64,000 bases of DNA, taken from IMG/VR virus record IMGVR_UViG_3300047160_007655, positions 6,780-70,779 of that record; one strand, written 5' to 3'. The notes below the pieces were generated by a model. It had not been told where the DNA came from and made no database searches. It saw only the letters and a list, made by a program, of their open reading frames with translations. Positions 9,492 through 19,793 of this stretch are shown one piece after another. The translations under genes were made by a program, and so were the position numbers. The first letter of the stretch is position 1. Each line of letters starts with the position of its first letter. The DNA is from a virus.

Positions 9492-11159
9492 TTATGGATT
9501 TGGCACCCAGCGCAGCTTTCGCCCCGAAGGGAGCGTGACCGTAGGACCGGCGGCTTGTGCGGTAGCTCCTTCAATTTCACCAGCAGGAGACACGACTGGA
9601 ATGTCTTGGTCAGGCGGCGCTCCCGAAGCAATTCGTGACTCATTCGCATCGAGTTGTTTGCCCAGCTGCTGAGCCTGAGCAAGTCCGGCCTGAATGGATT
9701 TCTCTTTGCCGAGATACGCGCCGCGACCAACACGCCAGAGGTTCTGACGCTGCTCCGGAGACAGGGCGCCTTTCTTCAAAAGCACTCGCTCAACGAGCGA
9801 TTTAAAATTTGGTATGCGCGCCGCTTGGTCAACGAGTTTGTCCCATTTGAATTCGCGAATTACAGCCTGTGGGTCGTGTAGCTTGATGAAATTCGAAACA
9901 AGACCAATATCCTCCGCATTCAAATCAGCATCACCCATCCGTTGTTGCTGCGGCGTAAACTTGTTTATATTGCGAACCGCATCGGCCATCGAGTTGTAGT
10001 ATCCGACTGACTCGGCCCATTTCTTATAAGTCTCTTTTCCAATCTCCGTCTTGTACACTTCAGGCGCGGTTTCGCCGGGCTGAGTGATATATCCTAACGT
10101 TGGCGGCCGAGCAGGGACTGGTGTAACCAGCTGCGCCTGCGCAGGCGCCGGAGTTGTCGCAACGGGCGTAACTGTTGGTTGCGCAGATGCTGAAGGTAAA
10201 GGATACTGAGCGTCTACAAAACCCTGAATGGTCTCGGGGCTGGCCTTGGCGGCAAATTGCTCTGCGTCTTCGGCGCCCTGCGTCTTCAAATACTGCGCGT
10301 ATTCGGCGCGGTACGTGCCCTCGTTTTGCGGCGTCACAATAGTCCGGACCGGCCCGGGCGTTCCTTGGCCCTGCCCCTGAATCGGAATGCCCGGAGCACC
10401 TCGCTCACCCTCACTCGGATTTTCGATAGGTATTTGACCCCGCATCGGATGCGTGTCCGGCATCAACTGATTAATCTGATGTACATAATACCAATAGGTA
10501 TCGGACCCATTAGCCCCAAGGTTTTTCTGCGGGGGAGTTACGTCTTCATTAAAGGCATTAAAAACTACCAGATGCTTCTGGCCCGCTGTATCCGTAATTT
10601 CTTTTGTGGACGCCGGAGTCAAGCGCGTTAGCCAGCTCTGAAGGGCGTTGTTCTTTGCGAGGATGTCATTGCCCGCCTGCGCGGCCTTGGCAAAATCGGT
10701 CGTGCCATCCGGCCGGACGTACTTCTGCATCGACTCACCGTACCACGGGCCGATTTTCTGAAGGGTATCGAGGCCGCCCTCGCCATAAATATTAGTGGCT
10801 TGCTGTTTGGCAATCTGCTGTTGCGCCAGCGCGGTAGCGCCCGGCAGCGTTTGAGACCCGGCCTGTGCCGTCTGCTGCGCAAGCTGGTTTTGCGCTGCGG
10901 TTGCGCCGTAGGCCGAGGTGCGGGCCTTAATCGCGTCAGGCGAAACGTACTCGCCGAGCTCTTCGAGCAAGGCGCGTTTCTTCGCCTGCCCAACCGCGCC
11001 GATTCGGTCAACGATGTCCTGCGTATTGATGAAGCCGTTATGGACGGCGTCCACCAGCTGCTTCACAGCATCTGGCGTGACGATTGGCTGAATGTTTGGC
11101 ACTGCGGGCTGAGCCGCAATGTTTAACGGTTGTACGTCTGGAGCTCCGGGTCCTGCCAT
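9492..11159 (-). CDS. Putative internal virion/DNA-ejection protein
   Basis: Gln/Ala/Pro-rich; between pilot-like and giant genes; start moved to MAGPG, 4 nt after the upstream stop. Confidence 0.65.
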   Translation of the reverse strand: MAGPGAPDVQPLNIAAQPAVPNIQPIVTPDAVKQLVDAVHNGFINTQDIVDRIGAVGQAKKRALLEELGEYVSPDAIKARTSAYGATAAQNQLAQQTAQAGSQTLPGATALAQQQIAKQQATNIYGEGGLDTLQKIGPWYGESMQKYVRPDGTTDFAKAAQAGNDILAKNNALQSWLTRLTPASTKEITDTAGQKHLVVFNAFNEDVTPPQKNLGANGSDTYWYYVHQINQLMPDTHPMRGQIPIENPSEGERGAPGIPIQGQGQGTPGPVRTIVTPQNEGTYRAEYAQYLKTQGAEDAEQFAAKASPETIQGFVDAQYPLPSASAQPTVTPVATTPAPAQAQLVTPVPARPPTLGYITQPGETAPEVYKTEIGKETYKKWAESVGYYNSMADAVRNINKFTPQQQRMGDADLNAEDIGLVSNFIKLHDPQAVIREFKWDKLVDQAARIPNFKSLVERVLLKKGALSPEQRQNLWRVGRGAYLGKEKSIQAGLAQAQQLGKQLDANESRIASGAPPDQDIPVVSPAGEIEGATAQAAGPTVTLPSGRKLRWVPNP

Positions 11160-11163
11160 ATTA

Positions 11164-12123
11164 TCATAATCCTCGGCCGTAAAGGTCCATCGAAAGACCG
11201 GCATTGTTATTTACTTGTTTACCCCCACCGCCTAGTCCAACACTGCCAATTCCCGAAACGGCTGAACCAATCGCATTCCCCCAGATAGCACCTTGTGCTA
11301 ACTGGCCCGCAGCTTGAACACCGGCCTGTTGTCCGATGGCCTGATTCAAAGCGCCGACTCGATTGAGCCACACGTTTGCAATCTGAGAGCCCCCAAGCCC
11401 GGCCTGCGGAGTTGCGTTCGCGCCGATACCAAAAGCCGTGCCGGAGCCTTGCAACTGCTGAAGCTGCACGGCCGACAGGTTGGGAAACAGAGATTGCAAA
11501 ATGTTTTGCCGACTCTGTTCCAAATTCTGCGCGGACGTGAGCAGCTGGGCCGCCTGTTGCTGCCGCTGCTGTTGCAACTGGATACCTGCGGTTCCTAAAA
11601 TCGTTCGCAGCTGCTGTCCGCCGATGCCCTGTCCGGACGCTGACTGGGTTGTCATGCCGGACGATTCGAGCCCGGCTTGCACCAGCTGCGCCTCCACATC
11701 GGGAGGAAGAGTGGCGCCCGCTTTGAGCTGAGATAAGGCGGCGTCGATAAGCTGGTTCTGCCCTTGCTGAGTTGCGCCAGCGTTCTTGATGGCGTCCTGC
11801 GCCGCCTGTTGCGCTATCGCAGTAGACGGCGAGCCCGCACCAAATCCGCCCGCCTGTTGGGCAATGCCCTGTGCGGCGGTTTGCTCGGCTGACGCTAGGC
11901 CGGGAAACAACTGGCCGAGCAGCTTTTGCTGATTCTGCGCTCTCTGAAAATCGGCTTGAGTGGCCAGCTGCTGCACCTGCTCTGGGTTCATCCCAGAGGT
12001 GATGTTCTGCTGTATCTGACCAATCGCTGCTGATTGAAGAGCGGTCGCTTTTCGCGCCGCATCTCCCGCTATAAAGGCGCCCGCGATTTGTCCGGCCGCG
12101 CCGAAAAGTCCGCCAAAATCCAT
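11164..12123 (-). CDS. Putative pilot/DNA-transfer protein
   Basis: Gly/Ala-rich hydrophobic N-terminus (MDFGGLFGAAGQIAGAFIAG), Gln-rich body, typical of podovirus ejection proteins; preceded by late motif. Confidence 0.65.
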   Translation of the reverse strand: MDFGGLFGAAGQIAGAFIAGDAARKATALQSAAIGQIQQNITSGMNPEQVQQLATQADFQRAQNQQKLLGQLFPGLASAEQTAAQGIAQQAGGFGAGSPSTAIAQQAAQDAIKNAGATQQGQNQLIDAALSQLKAGATLPPDVEAQLVQAGLESSGMTTQSASGQGIGGQQLRTILGTAGIQLQQQRQQQAAQLLTSAQNLEQSRQNILQSLFPNLSAVQLQQLQGSGTAFGIGANATPQAGLGGSQIANVWLNRVGALNQAIGQQAGVQAAGQLAQGAIWGNAIGSAVSGIGSVGLGGGGKQVNNNAGLSMDLYGRGL

Positions 12124-12160
12124 ACTCTTTAGATAGTTACCTGAATTAGGCCCGCCGTCA

Positions 12161-12991
12161 TTATGTTTTAATCATCGCAAACAGGGCGATTTGCGGGACG
12201 ATATAGGCCGAGGCGGCCTGTAGCTGTAGATGGTCCGTCGCGGCGTCTCCAAAGGTCGCTCCGGCAGCCCTTTGGGGAATGCCCGGGCTAGGCTGCTGAA
12301 CGTACACCGGGCTGCCTCCGGCATCCTGCGTTGCCGCGCTGAAAATTCGGCCCCGGCTGGCCGTGTCCGAATCGCCCCAAATAACCCAGCCCGGGTTGAT
12401 TTGAATTGCGGAAGCGGCCGTCTGCGCCATTACGTGCTTGACATCCCCGGGAGAGCCGGAGACCGTCCGCCACGTACCGCGCTCCCAGTGAATCAGAACA
12501 TTGATGTCAGTATCAAAATACTGCTGAAGATTAATCGGGGCACCGGGCCGGTTTGCCGTAGAGCCGGACTGCGGGACCGAATTAAACGGCTGCCACGAGG
12601 TGCCGTTCCAAAAATACCAGCTTAGCGGCGTACCAAACCCGTTGGGGTTTTGGTCCGTCGAATTGGCAGTTGTCTGTAGCCAGACCGGCGGAGTGTTAGT
12701 CGCCGGAGTCGCGTTCCCGATGAAAAACGGAATGGTCAACGAAGCGCTGATATCCTGCGGCACGTACGCACTCGCCGTATCGGACCACACCCACCATTGA
12801 GTGCCGCCCTTGAGCCACGGCCCCACGTTGGTCGTCGGCGCCACGTCCCCAATGAAAATAAAGTTGGCTCCGTTGGGCGAAACGATTCGCATGCGCTGCA
12901 CCATCGCGGTTAGCAGGTCGTTGGGGCCGCCTTTGAACGTCGGAGGCAGCGGCGCCGCCTGTACAATTAGTGCTGTGTCTTTTAAGCTCAT
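12161..12991 (-). CDS. Putative tail protein
   Basis: Trp/Pro/Thr-rich beta-type composition within the tail block; start moved to MSLKDT. Confidence 0.6.
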   Translation of the reverse strand: MSLKDTALIVQAAPLPPTFKGGPNDLLTAMVQRMRIVSPNGANFIFIGDVAPTTNVGPWLKGGTQWWVWSDTASAYVPQDISASLTIPFFIGNATPATNTPPVWLQTTANSTDQNPNGFGTPLSWYFWNGTSWQPFNSVPQSGSTANRPGAPINLQQYFDTDINVLIHWERGTWRTVSGSPGDVKHVMAQTAASAIQINPGWVIWGDSDTASRGRIFSAATQDAGGSPVYVQQPSPGIPQRAAGATFGDAATDHLQLQAASAYIVPQIALFAMIKT

Positions 12992-12995
12992 AAAA

Positions 12996-13847
12996 TTATG
13001 TGTAGCCCCCACCAAATGAGGTTCGAGCTGCTTGTACTAACCCAAACAGGGTTTGTTCTTGCGCATTAGAAAGCGCAGTGTGGACAGACGTAAAAGTGTG
13101 CCAGTTTTGTGATGGGTTGCCCAGAGTGCCCAGCTTTGAAATCTGAAAATTCCCATTGGGTCTATGCGTAAAAGTCAAATCGGTTCCACTCGAAGTGACC
13201 GGCCCGGTCGCTCCGTTCATTCGGAGCGCATAACAGTTGTTGATTGCCGTACGATTCAATGATTGATACACGTAAACATTTGGCGCATTTGAAAAGGCAG
13301 GCATGACCAAGGTGCTCGTAAAATAAATCATTCCTTGGGTACCTGCCACACCAAACCCTTCGTACGCTGCAAAATTGGCTGCGCCCTGAACCACTCCGGC
13401 GCTTGAGCTATCGCTTAATCCGTACATGCTCACGCCCGCGTTGTTGTCGCTTGCGAGCGCTGTTGAGATGTTTATGCCAGTGTCTAAATGCGTTGAATCA
13501 CCGATAAGCCGCAAACCGGCGACAGTGATATCTTCGGGTGCGGGAGCCACACCGATTGCTGACCACAGTGCATTGCCCGCCGTAAAATAAAGAGGCGTCT
13601 GGGCCTCAATCAATCCTCCCGGCGAATAGAGATTTACGGCAATCATCGCGGAGTCCAGACCGGCGGAAATCAGCCCACACCAGAACGTAGCCATAACGTT
13701 TTTGGTGATTTGCGAGGGCGCTGCTCCACCATTAGCCACCACTTGCGTTGCCCAAGCATTTGCCACGGTGGTTCCAGCGGCGCAAGGGCCGCCTGCTGCG
13801 CGTTGCGGACTTGCCAAGAGTCGTCTAACGATTACTGGGTTTGGCAT
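12996..13847 (-). CDS. Putative tail/virion-surface protein
   Basis: 283 aa, Gly/Ala/Thr/Asn-rich, located in the tail block. Confidence 0.55.
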   Translation of the reverse strand: MPNPVIVRRLLASPQRAAGGPCAAGTTVANAWATQVVANGGAAPSQITKNVMATFWCGLISAGLDSAMIAVNLYSPGGLIEAQTPLYFTAGNALWSAIGVAPAPEDITVAGLRLIGDSTHLDTGINISTALASDNNAGVSMYGLSDSSSAGVVQGAANFAAYEGFGVAGTQGMIYFTSTLVMPAFSNAPNVYVYQSLNRTAINNCYALRMNGATGPVTSSGTDLTFTHRPNGNFQISKLGTLGNPSQNWHTFTSVHTALSNAQEQTLFGLVQAARTSFGGGYT

Positions 13848-13853
13848 ATGGCT

Positions 13854-15899
13854 TTATTCAAATCCTAATCCGGTAGACAGGATGGGCGGCACAAGCGCCG
13901 CCAGTTCTGCCTCCGCTAATTTTGTTGCAATAATTTCCGCCACTCGATTGGCAGCCCGTTGCGAGACCACGCTCTCTGCCTGCCCCGCAGCGATGGCCAT
14001 AAAGTCCTCAAACGAAACCTGCGCCGATTCGGTCGATTCAAAATGGTACTCCGGCGCGACTGCCAGCATCGCAACCAGCTCTTCCATCGTCTGCGCCTGA
14101 GCGCCCGAGCCGTCATATCGCACGGCGTTCAATCCGGTTTCGTCTTGGCAAGCAGTGCCGTCGCCGTCAGTGTCAGGGGGCACAGAAAACGCCCAAGGCC
14201 GAATCCACCGAATCGTAACTGGTCCGTGGCCCACGATGGCAAGCTGGAAAGATTCGTCGATATTGTCATTGTCCGGACGCTCCACGGGACAGGACCCATC
14301 AAGGTTCGGGTCCGGTTGCGTGTTCGCATCCTCAGTTCGGAGGACCCGAGATTGAGGTTTAAAGGCAAAAATCGGGCTGTTGATGTCGAGTGTGAGTTCA
14401 CTGGAAAGGGACCCCTGCGAGATGGCCAGCTTCTTGTTCATTATTTGCCGGAACGCGCCGCGAGTGCCGCCCGCGTAGTAGACGCCAATGTCCAAATCTT
14501 CCGACAGCGCCGCGAGCGCTACATCCACCCAAGCTAAGCGGCATCTTTCCCCCGGCGGCTTGCCCGGCGATGCCGCCGTCTGGCCGAAGTAACCCCGCGT
14601 TTCCATTTTCCAAGCAATCGGGCAACCATTGTCGAGACGCTCAGGTCTAAAAGCTTGCCAAAGACGATTCTTGCCATCAGTATCAACAGAGACATAGTAA
14701 ATCCGCTCCTCGCTGGCAATCTCGCCGTACACCCATTCAACCGGGCGCGTGCCTGTCCAGTAGCCGGACCAGCACGGGCCGGAGTCATCGCTCAAAGTCG
14801 TCAAGCTCGCGTTGTTCAGCACCCAAGTATGTTTGTTGTACACGTCCTCGGCCGGAACGCTCATAAGCAAGTACTGACCGAAGGAAGCAGCAGCCACTAA
14901 GCCAAGGTCTTCATTCAAGAGCGACTTGCTGACGAGCATTTCATTGTCTCGAATCGGCAACCGGGCCGTCAATTTACCGCTGGTGGCTGGGTCAAAAATC
15001 GCGATGCCGCCTGCCGAAAACCACACCACGTGGCCGTAGTGCGAGAGCGCGGACCGGTTCGAAAAGCATCCGACCTGCAAAATTTCTGTCTGGAAATTCG
15101 GAGTCGTCGGCCAAGTGCTACGGTCGCGAATGTTCGCCTGCAAAATGCTGGCGTCGATGCTGGTGAACACCATTAGCTGAGGCGACTCAATCGAGGGCGT
15201 CGGGACCATCGCCGTCACTTCGTCCTTGAAGTAGAAGCTGGTCGTGCCGCCGAGATAAATTTGCTCGCGGAACGAAAACGGATTGGCGATGTCGCTCGCA
15301 AACACCTGATTGCCGTCCGCCACCCATAGCCGGTCGCCTACCCACCGAATCATGGAGCCGGAGGGCGTGCCAAAAGCATCTCCTCGGACGTGCCCGTTCG
15401 CGGAGCCATCGTACCACGCTGGAGCCGTAAAGCCGCCGTCCTGAATGAACATGACGGCCTTAGGCGGGATGACTTTGATGGGGGCCGAAAAAACCGTTGA
15501 CAGCCGTTCGGCGGCTTGTATGGTCAAGGCCCAAAACACCTGCTTCGCGTTGGGCGAGAGTTGGATGTTTGGCAGTACCGTCCAGTCAGTGAACGGAAAT
15601 GAGCTGACGTAAATCTGCCCCGAGATGGCAACCAGTATTTGCTCGATGCCGACTAGCGGCCGGAAAATCGCGCAGCCTTGCAGGTTGCCGTCTGGCAGCA
15701 GCTTGATGCATTTGTAGCCGGGGCGGCACGAAAATGCGCCGCCGAGGTTAATCATGTTTTCGGCAGACCAAGCGTAGCCGAGCGGCAATTGCGAGGGGTC
15801 GCAGTCCGATTTCACTCCTCTGAAAAATGTGGAGTCGAAGTCGATGATGCGAGCCGTCAACTGCGGCCCCTGCTGAGTGCCTTGTCCGCTGGTTGCCAT
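13854..15899 (-). CDS. Tail nozzle / tubular protein B-like (P22 gp10/T7 gp12 position)
   Basis: 681-aa beta-propeller-like protein (AENMINLGG..RPGY; WVGDRLWVA; VGCFSNRS) following an adaptor-size gene. Confidence 0.65.
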   Translation of the reverse strand: MATSGQGTQQGPQLTARIIDFDSTFFRGVKSDCDPSQLPLGYAWSAENMINLGGAFSCRPGYKCIKLLPDGNLQGCAIFRPLVGIEQILVAISGQIYVSSFPFTDWTVLPNIQLSPNAKQVFWALTIQAAERLSTVFSAPIKVIPPKAVMFIQDGGFTAPAWYDGSANGHVRGDAFGTPSGSMIRWVGDRLWVADGNQVFASDIANPFSFREQIYLGGTTSFYFKDEVTAMVPTPSIESPQLMVFTSIDASILQANIRDRSTWPTTPNFQTEILQVGCFSNRSALSHYGHVVWFSAGGIAIFDPATSGKLTARLPIRDNEMLVSKSLLNEDLGLVAAASFGQYLLMSVPAEDVYNKHTWVLNNASLTTLSDDSGPCWSGYWTGTRPVEWVYGEIASEERIYYVSVDTDGKNRLWQAFRPERLDNGCPIAWKMETRGYFGQTAASPGKPPGERCRLAWVDVALAALSEDLDIGVYYAGGTRGAFRQIMNKKLAISQGSLSSELTLDINSPIFAFKPQSRVLRTEDANTQPDPNLDGSCPVERPDNDNIDESFQLAIVGHGPVTIRWIRPWAFSVPPDTDGDGTACQDETGLNAVRYDGSGAQAQTMEELVAMLAVAPEYHFESTESAQVSFEDFMAIAAGQAESVVSQRAANRVAEIIATKLAEAELAALVPPILSTGLGFE

Positions 15900-16903
15900 T
15901 ACCGGATATCGTAATCGTACTTGTCACGAGGGTTGCTCATATCGAGCACCTGAATCGGATTGTATGTCGGCGGCTCCGCTTTGAGTTGCGCTTCAATCTC
16001 CATGCGCGCCCCGTCCGCCTCGCACGAGTGTGCGTCCGCGTAAAATTTGTCGTTGTAATTCTTCACCGCTTGCAGCATGACGAGCAGTCCCCGGCGGCTG
16101 CGCAGGGGGATATGGTCCCAACGCGACTTAAACACCGGATTGTTTTTGAGATATGCAATCCGGACCCAATTGCACGAGCGATTAAGTTGGAGGCGCGTGT
16201 AATTAGGTACTTGTTCATCGGGCTCGTACACCGCGAGGTTAATACCGGTCGTTCCAGAAGAGTCGACTGTAGCGAGTCGAATATTTCCCACTGTAATATC
16301 TTTGAAGACGTTAGTAATACGCGCAATGTTGGGTGCTTCAACGTCGGGGATTGCGGCGCCAAAAACGGTCGGCACCAAGTACCCGTCGCACCATTGCCCG
16401 TTGACTTGATGCCTCAACACCTGCCCCTTGTCATCGTAGCCATAGATAATCAACTTCTTGCCGTTGTCCGCTTCTGTCTGCAAGTACGCCACCACTTTCG
16501 CCGGAGTGATAATATCGCGCATCGTACAAAAATTGTGCCCTCGGTCGTCGGCCGCCCATTCACAAATCGTCCGGCAGCTGCCCGGCCCATTTAGATGGAA
16601 CTGGAAAAGCTCGCCCCGAAACAATACAGGCTGTCCGCCCACTTGAATGCCAATGACCGTTTCGACTTCACGCGGAAGTGACACGCAGCGGCGCCCGCAG
16701 CCCGCCGGTGAGTTACAAATAGAGCCCGTCACCGCGCAGGAACATCCGGCCGTGCACACGTCGAGGTATCCGCGCAGGCCGTCAAGGTCCGCCTTGTTGG
16801 CAGTGAGTGCCACGGCATCGCTAATCCACTTCAGCAGAAGTGCGTCATTGCAATTGCCGACCGTTTTCTTCGCTTCGTCCCAGATGTCGTTAATCAAAAA
16901 CAT
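15899..16903 (-). CDS. Putative head-tail adaptor / tubular protein A-like
   Basis: 334 aa, synteny; Cys-rich insert CTAGCSC..C..CGRRC. Confidence 0.55.
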   Translation of the reverse strand: MFLINDIWDEAKKTVGNCNDALLLKWISDAVALTANKADLDGLRGYLDVCTAGCSCAVTGSICNSPAGCGRRCVSLPREVETVIGIQVGGQPVLFRGELFQFHLNGPGSCRTICEWAADDRGHNFCTMRDIITPAKVVAYLQTEADNGKKLIIYGYDDKGQVLRHQVNGQWCDGYLVPTVFGAAIPDVEAPNIARITNVFKDITVGNIRLATVDSSGTTGINLAVYEPDEQVPNYTRLQLNRSCNWVRIAYLKNNPVFKSRWDHIPLRSRRGLLVMLQAVKNYNDKFYADAHSCEADGARMEIEAQLKAEPPTYNPIQVLDMSNPRDKYDYDIR

Positions 16904-17319
16904 TAGTAGGCGCCCTCTTCCTTATCCTCACCGCCCTCGTCATTCTCATGTTTCTTCGAGAGCTCGCGAGCAATCTTGTCCAGCGCATCGCTGGCGGCGT
17001 CATAGCTGCGCGCCGGGATGTGCGCCTCGGGTTCTTCGCCGTCAACCTTGTTGATGGTGCGAACTTCGATTTTACACTCGTACCAGTGCTTACCATCCTT
17101 GCCTACGTAACTGGTTTCCTCGCGCTTCACGACTTTCACAAGCAGCTCGCAGGCGTCTGGCAGCTCAAGGTCTAATGGGCCGCAGTAATGAAAATGCGGA
17201 TAAACAACTTCATCCGGGTCGCCTAGCCCACCGATAACATCATTCATGTGGTCCATCGGAGGACCCGGCGGACGGTGCTCATTTTTCTCTTCTCGGGTGA
17301 CGCCTAAATTCGCTTCCAT
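16903..17319 (-). CDS. Acidic hypothetical protein
   Basis: 138-aa ORF, late motif 7 nt upstream, 1-nt overlap with the next gene. Confidence 0.7.
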   Translation of the reverse strand: MEANLGVTREEKNEHRPPGPPMDHMNDVIGGLGDPDEVVYPHFHYCGPLDLELPDACELLVKVVKREETSYVGKDGKHWYECKIEVRTINKVDGEEPEAHIPARSYDAASDALDKIARELSKKHENDEGGEDKEEGAY

Positions 17320-17340
17320 ACTCTTTAGATAGTTACCGTA

Positions 17341-17538
17341 TTAGGGGTTCTTGACTACCAAAACATAGGGCGGTACGGCCGCCGTTTTTGTGCCTCCCTG
17401 CGGGCGTTTGCAGCTGTGCGACAACAGTCCGCCAACGTGCGGCGGCGTCACCGAAGGGTCGTTCGAATATCCGGCCGGAGTGTCTTTGACTCGCGGCGTA
17501 CATTTGCCCACCGTGCTGTGCTTATTGCCCTGTCTCAT
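17341..17538 (-). CDS. Small hypothetical virion protein
   Basis: 65 aa, ATGA overlap with the upstream fibre gene. Confidence 0.6.
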   Translation of the reverse strand: MRQGNKHSTVGKCTPRVKDTPAGYSNDPSVTPPHVGGLLSHSCKRPQGGTKTAAVPPYVLVVKNP

Positions 17539-18653
17539 AGCTTAATCCATTTTATGAAGTTTGGACCGGCCCCACCAAACCCTTGCTTGTTCGGGCCGCT
17601 AATCGAAGTCTTTGCGTACAGCCGCCACGAGGCAACGCTCCCCGTGGTGTTTGTCAAAATAAGCGGAATCATAAAAAACATGCTGGCGCCTGTCGCGGCA
17701 TTCGACACTGAAGTAAATACTCGCTCAGCGCCCGGAACGTCAGTCAGCGTTGGGTCAACCACCTTCAAAAACACACTGCCAGACAACGTCCCGCCTCCGA
17801 GGTTTGACCAAGACCCAAACGCCATGAACAGTACCAAATATGTCGAAAGAGAATTGTCCGGGGTCGTAAACAACGCGCCGGTTGGGGAATAAACGCTGGT
17901 CAACGCGCCCGCACCGAGGACCGGCGAGGCTCCGCTTTGCAGGTGCGTTGCGGAGCCTTTGTTTCCCTGCTGTCCCGTTATGCCGGTCGCGCCGGTTGGC
18001 CCTTGATTTCCCGCGTTGCCCGTATCGCCTTTCGGGCCTTTCGGACCTTGGACGGTTATGCCCGGCAGTCCGGCAATGATTACGATTGCTCCAGACGGAA
18101 TGATGGGCGGAGAGGACGAAAATGGCGACAGCAGTTGAAACAGCACTGACGTGCCGGACACGTTCAACACTGTATAAAACCCGGAGCCCGCAATCTCTGC
18201 GAAGAGCCCGGGCTGCACGACTTGGTTTGGCGCGACCTGAATGGAAATGTACGGCTGCGCGAGCGTCGGCTGGTCAAAATCCTGCGCCGTCTCGGTGAAA
18301 GCGTCGGGGCCGACCGCGCCTGCCGCGCCGGAGGCTCCTGCTGGGCCAGCTATGCCGTGGATGCCCGTTTCAAACAGCCGGAAAAAATAACACCCGAGCG
18401 ATTCGCCGGGCTGCCGAGGATTGGAAGCGATACCGGCATCGAGACCGCACGGCAGTTGCCACGCCACGTTGCCGCCCACATTTGCTTTTCCAACCGCCCC
18501 AAAAAACTGGGTCGTGAAAGTGTCAATCTGTGTCGGAAGCAACGCACAGCCCGGCGTATTGCAGGGATTGTTACATTGCATGAACGAACGGGTGCAGGCG
18601 TCCAAAGGATTTGGATTGCCCGGGGCCGTTCCGCACTCTGTGCAAATTCCCAT
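17535..18653 (-). CDS. Collagen-repeat fibre protein 2
   Basis: Gly-X-Y runs (GPKGPKGDTGNAGNQGPTGATG); Cys-rich N-terminus shared with its neighbour. Confidence 0.8.
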   Translation of the reverse strand: MGICTECGTAPGNPNPLDACTRSFMQCNNPCNTPGCALLPTQIDTFTTQFFGAVGKANVGGNVAWQLPCGLDAGIASNPRQPGESLGCYFFRLFETGIHGIAGPAGASGAAGAVGPDAFTETAQDFDQPTLAQPYISIQVAPNQVVQPGLFAEIAGSGFYTVLNVSGTSVLFQLLSPFSSSPPIIPSGAIVIIAGLPGITVQGPKGPKGDTGNAGNQGPTGATGITGQQGNKGSATHLQSGASPVLGAGALTSVYSPTGALFTTPDNSLSTYLVLFMAFGSWSNLGGGTLSGSVFLKVVDPTLTDVPGAERVFTSVSNAATGASMFFMIPLILTNTTGSVASWRLYAKTSISGPNKQGFGGAGPNFIKWIKL

Positions 18654-19793
18654 TTACGCAATCTGAAACCAGCTCAAGGAGGACCGGCCAGCGGTTACGG
18701 AATACGCTCCCGAGCCGTTGGTGTAGAACGCCTGAACTGCGATTGTCTGATTCAACGCCGTGGTTGTAACTAATCCTGACAGTGAAAAGCTCATCTCGCC
18801 GCCGGTGACTACCGTGCCCGCGTTTACGAATGTCACGGCCCCAGCCAGCTGAGCGTTCAGCGATGTGTTGTAGAGCGCCAACGTAGCCGCATTACCTCCC
18901 GCAACCGCAATGCCCACCACATCAAATGAGGCTATCACGGCATATGTTCCCACGGCCGTGGCCAAGAAAGAAAAGTCTCCTGCGGCGCCGAAGTTGACCG
19001 TTGTTTGAGTGGCGCCTGTAATACTGTAGTCCGAGCCGGTGGCGCCCGTCACGTAGCCGTTGTTTGATAGCAGATTGTCGCCAGACGGCCCGGTCGGCCC
19101 GGTTGCGCCCTGCGGCCCCTGACTTCCTACTGGGCCGATTGGACCCGTGTCGCCCTTGTCGCCCTTCGGTCCGGGGATGGTGGCGCCGGGCGAGCCGGTC
19201 GGAACAACCAACTTGCCCGCCGGAACAAAACCCGCGCCGGGGAACTTAGACAACAGAGTGATTGTAAGCGAGCCGGACGAATTGCCTCCGCTGATTTGAT
19301 ACCAGCCAGAGGTGTCAACGAAAACGTAACTGCCCACCAACATGGCGGGATTGAAAAAAGTTTGGATGGTAATGGAGCCGCCAACCGCCGGAGTGTTGAA
19401 CGGAGCCGTAGTTACCGTGTAGGCGTTGTGCCCTTGAGGCCCCTGTGCGCCATTCGTCCCAGCTGGCCCAGTAAGACCAATAATTCCATCGTTAAACAGG
19501 CGAAGAAAATAACAGGCCAGCCCTTCATCAGCGCCACGAGGATTATTAGGCAAACCAACATCGAGGCCGCAAGGTAATGACCAAACAACCTCGCCATTAA
19601 CCTCGGTCTTGATGACATCACCGAAAAAGTTTTTGGTAAAATTCTCAACGCGGCTGGGGAGCGACTCGCAGTCGACAGTATTGTGAACCTCGATTTTGCA
19701 CGGGTTGTCGCACTGCATGAACGAGCGCGTGCAGGCATCCAATGGATTTGGATTGCCCGGTTGTCCGTCTCCGCATTCAGTGCAGCCGCCCAT
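18654..19793 (-). CDS. Collagen-repeat fibre protein 1
   Basis: Gly-X-Y runs (GPKGDKGDTGPIGPVGSQGPQG); paralog of 17535-18653. Confidence 0.8.
   Translation of the reverse strand: MGGCTECGDGQPGNPNPLDACTRSFMQCDNPCKIEVHNTVDCESLPSRVENFTKNFFGDVIKTEVNGEVVWSLPCGLDVGLPNNPRGADEGLACYFLRLFNDGIIGLTGPAGTNGAQGPQGHNAYTVTTAPFNTPAVGGSITIQTFFNPAMLVGSYVFVDTSGWYQISGGNSSGSLTITLLSKFPGAGFVPAGKLVVPTGSPGATIPGPKGDKGDTGPIGPVGSQGPQGATGPTGPSGDNLLSNNGYVTGATGSDYSITGATQTTVNFGAAGDFSFLATAVGTYAVIASFDVVGIAVAGGNAATLALYNTSLNAQLAGAVTFVNAGTVVTGGEMSFSLSGLVTTTALNQTIAVQAFYTNGSGAYSVTAGRSSLSWFQIA

Noticed and set aside
17535-19793. Diversity-generating retroelement or invertible tail-fibre switch
   Set aside because: No reverse transcriptase, no TR/VR pair, and both fibre genes are in the same orientation without inverted sites
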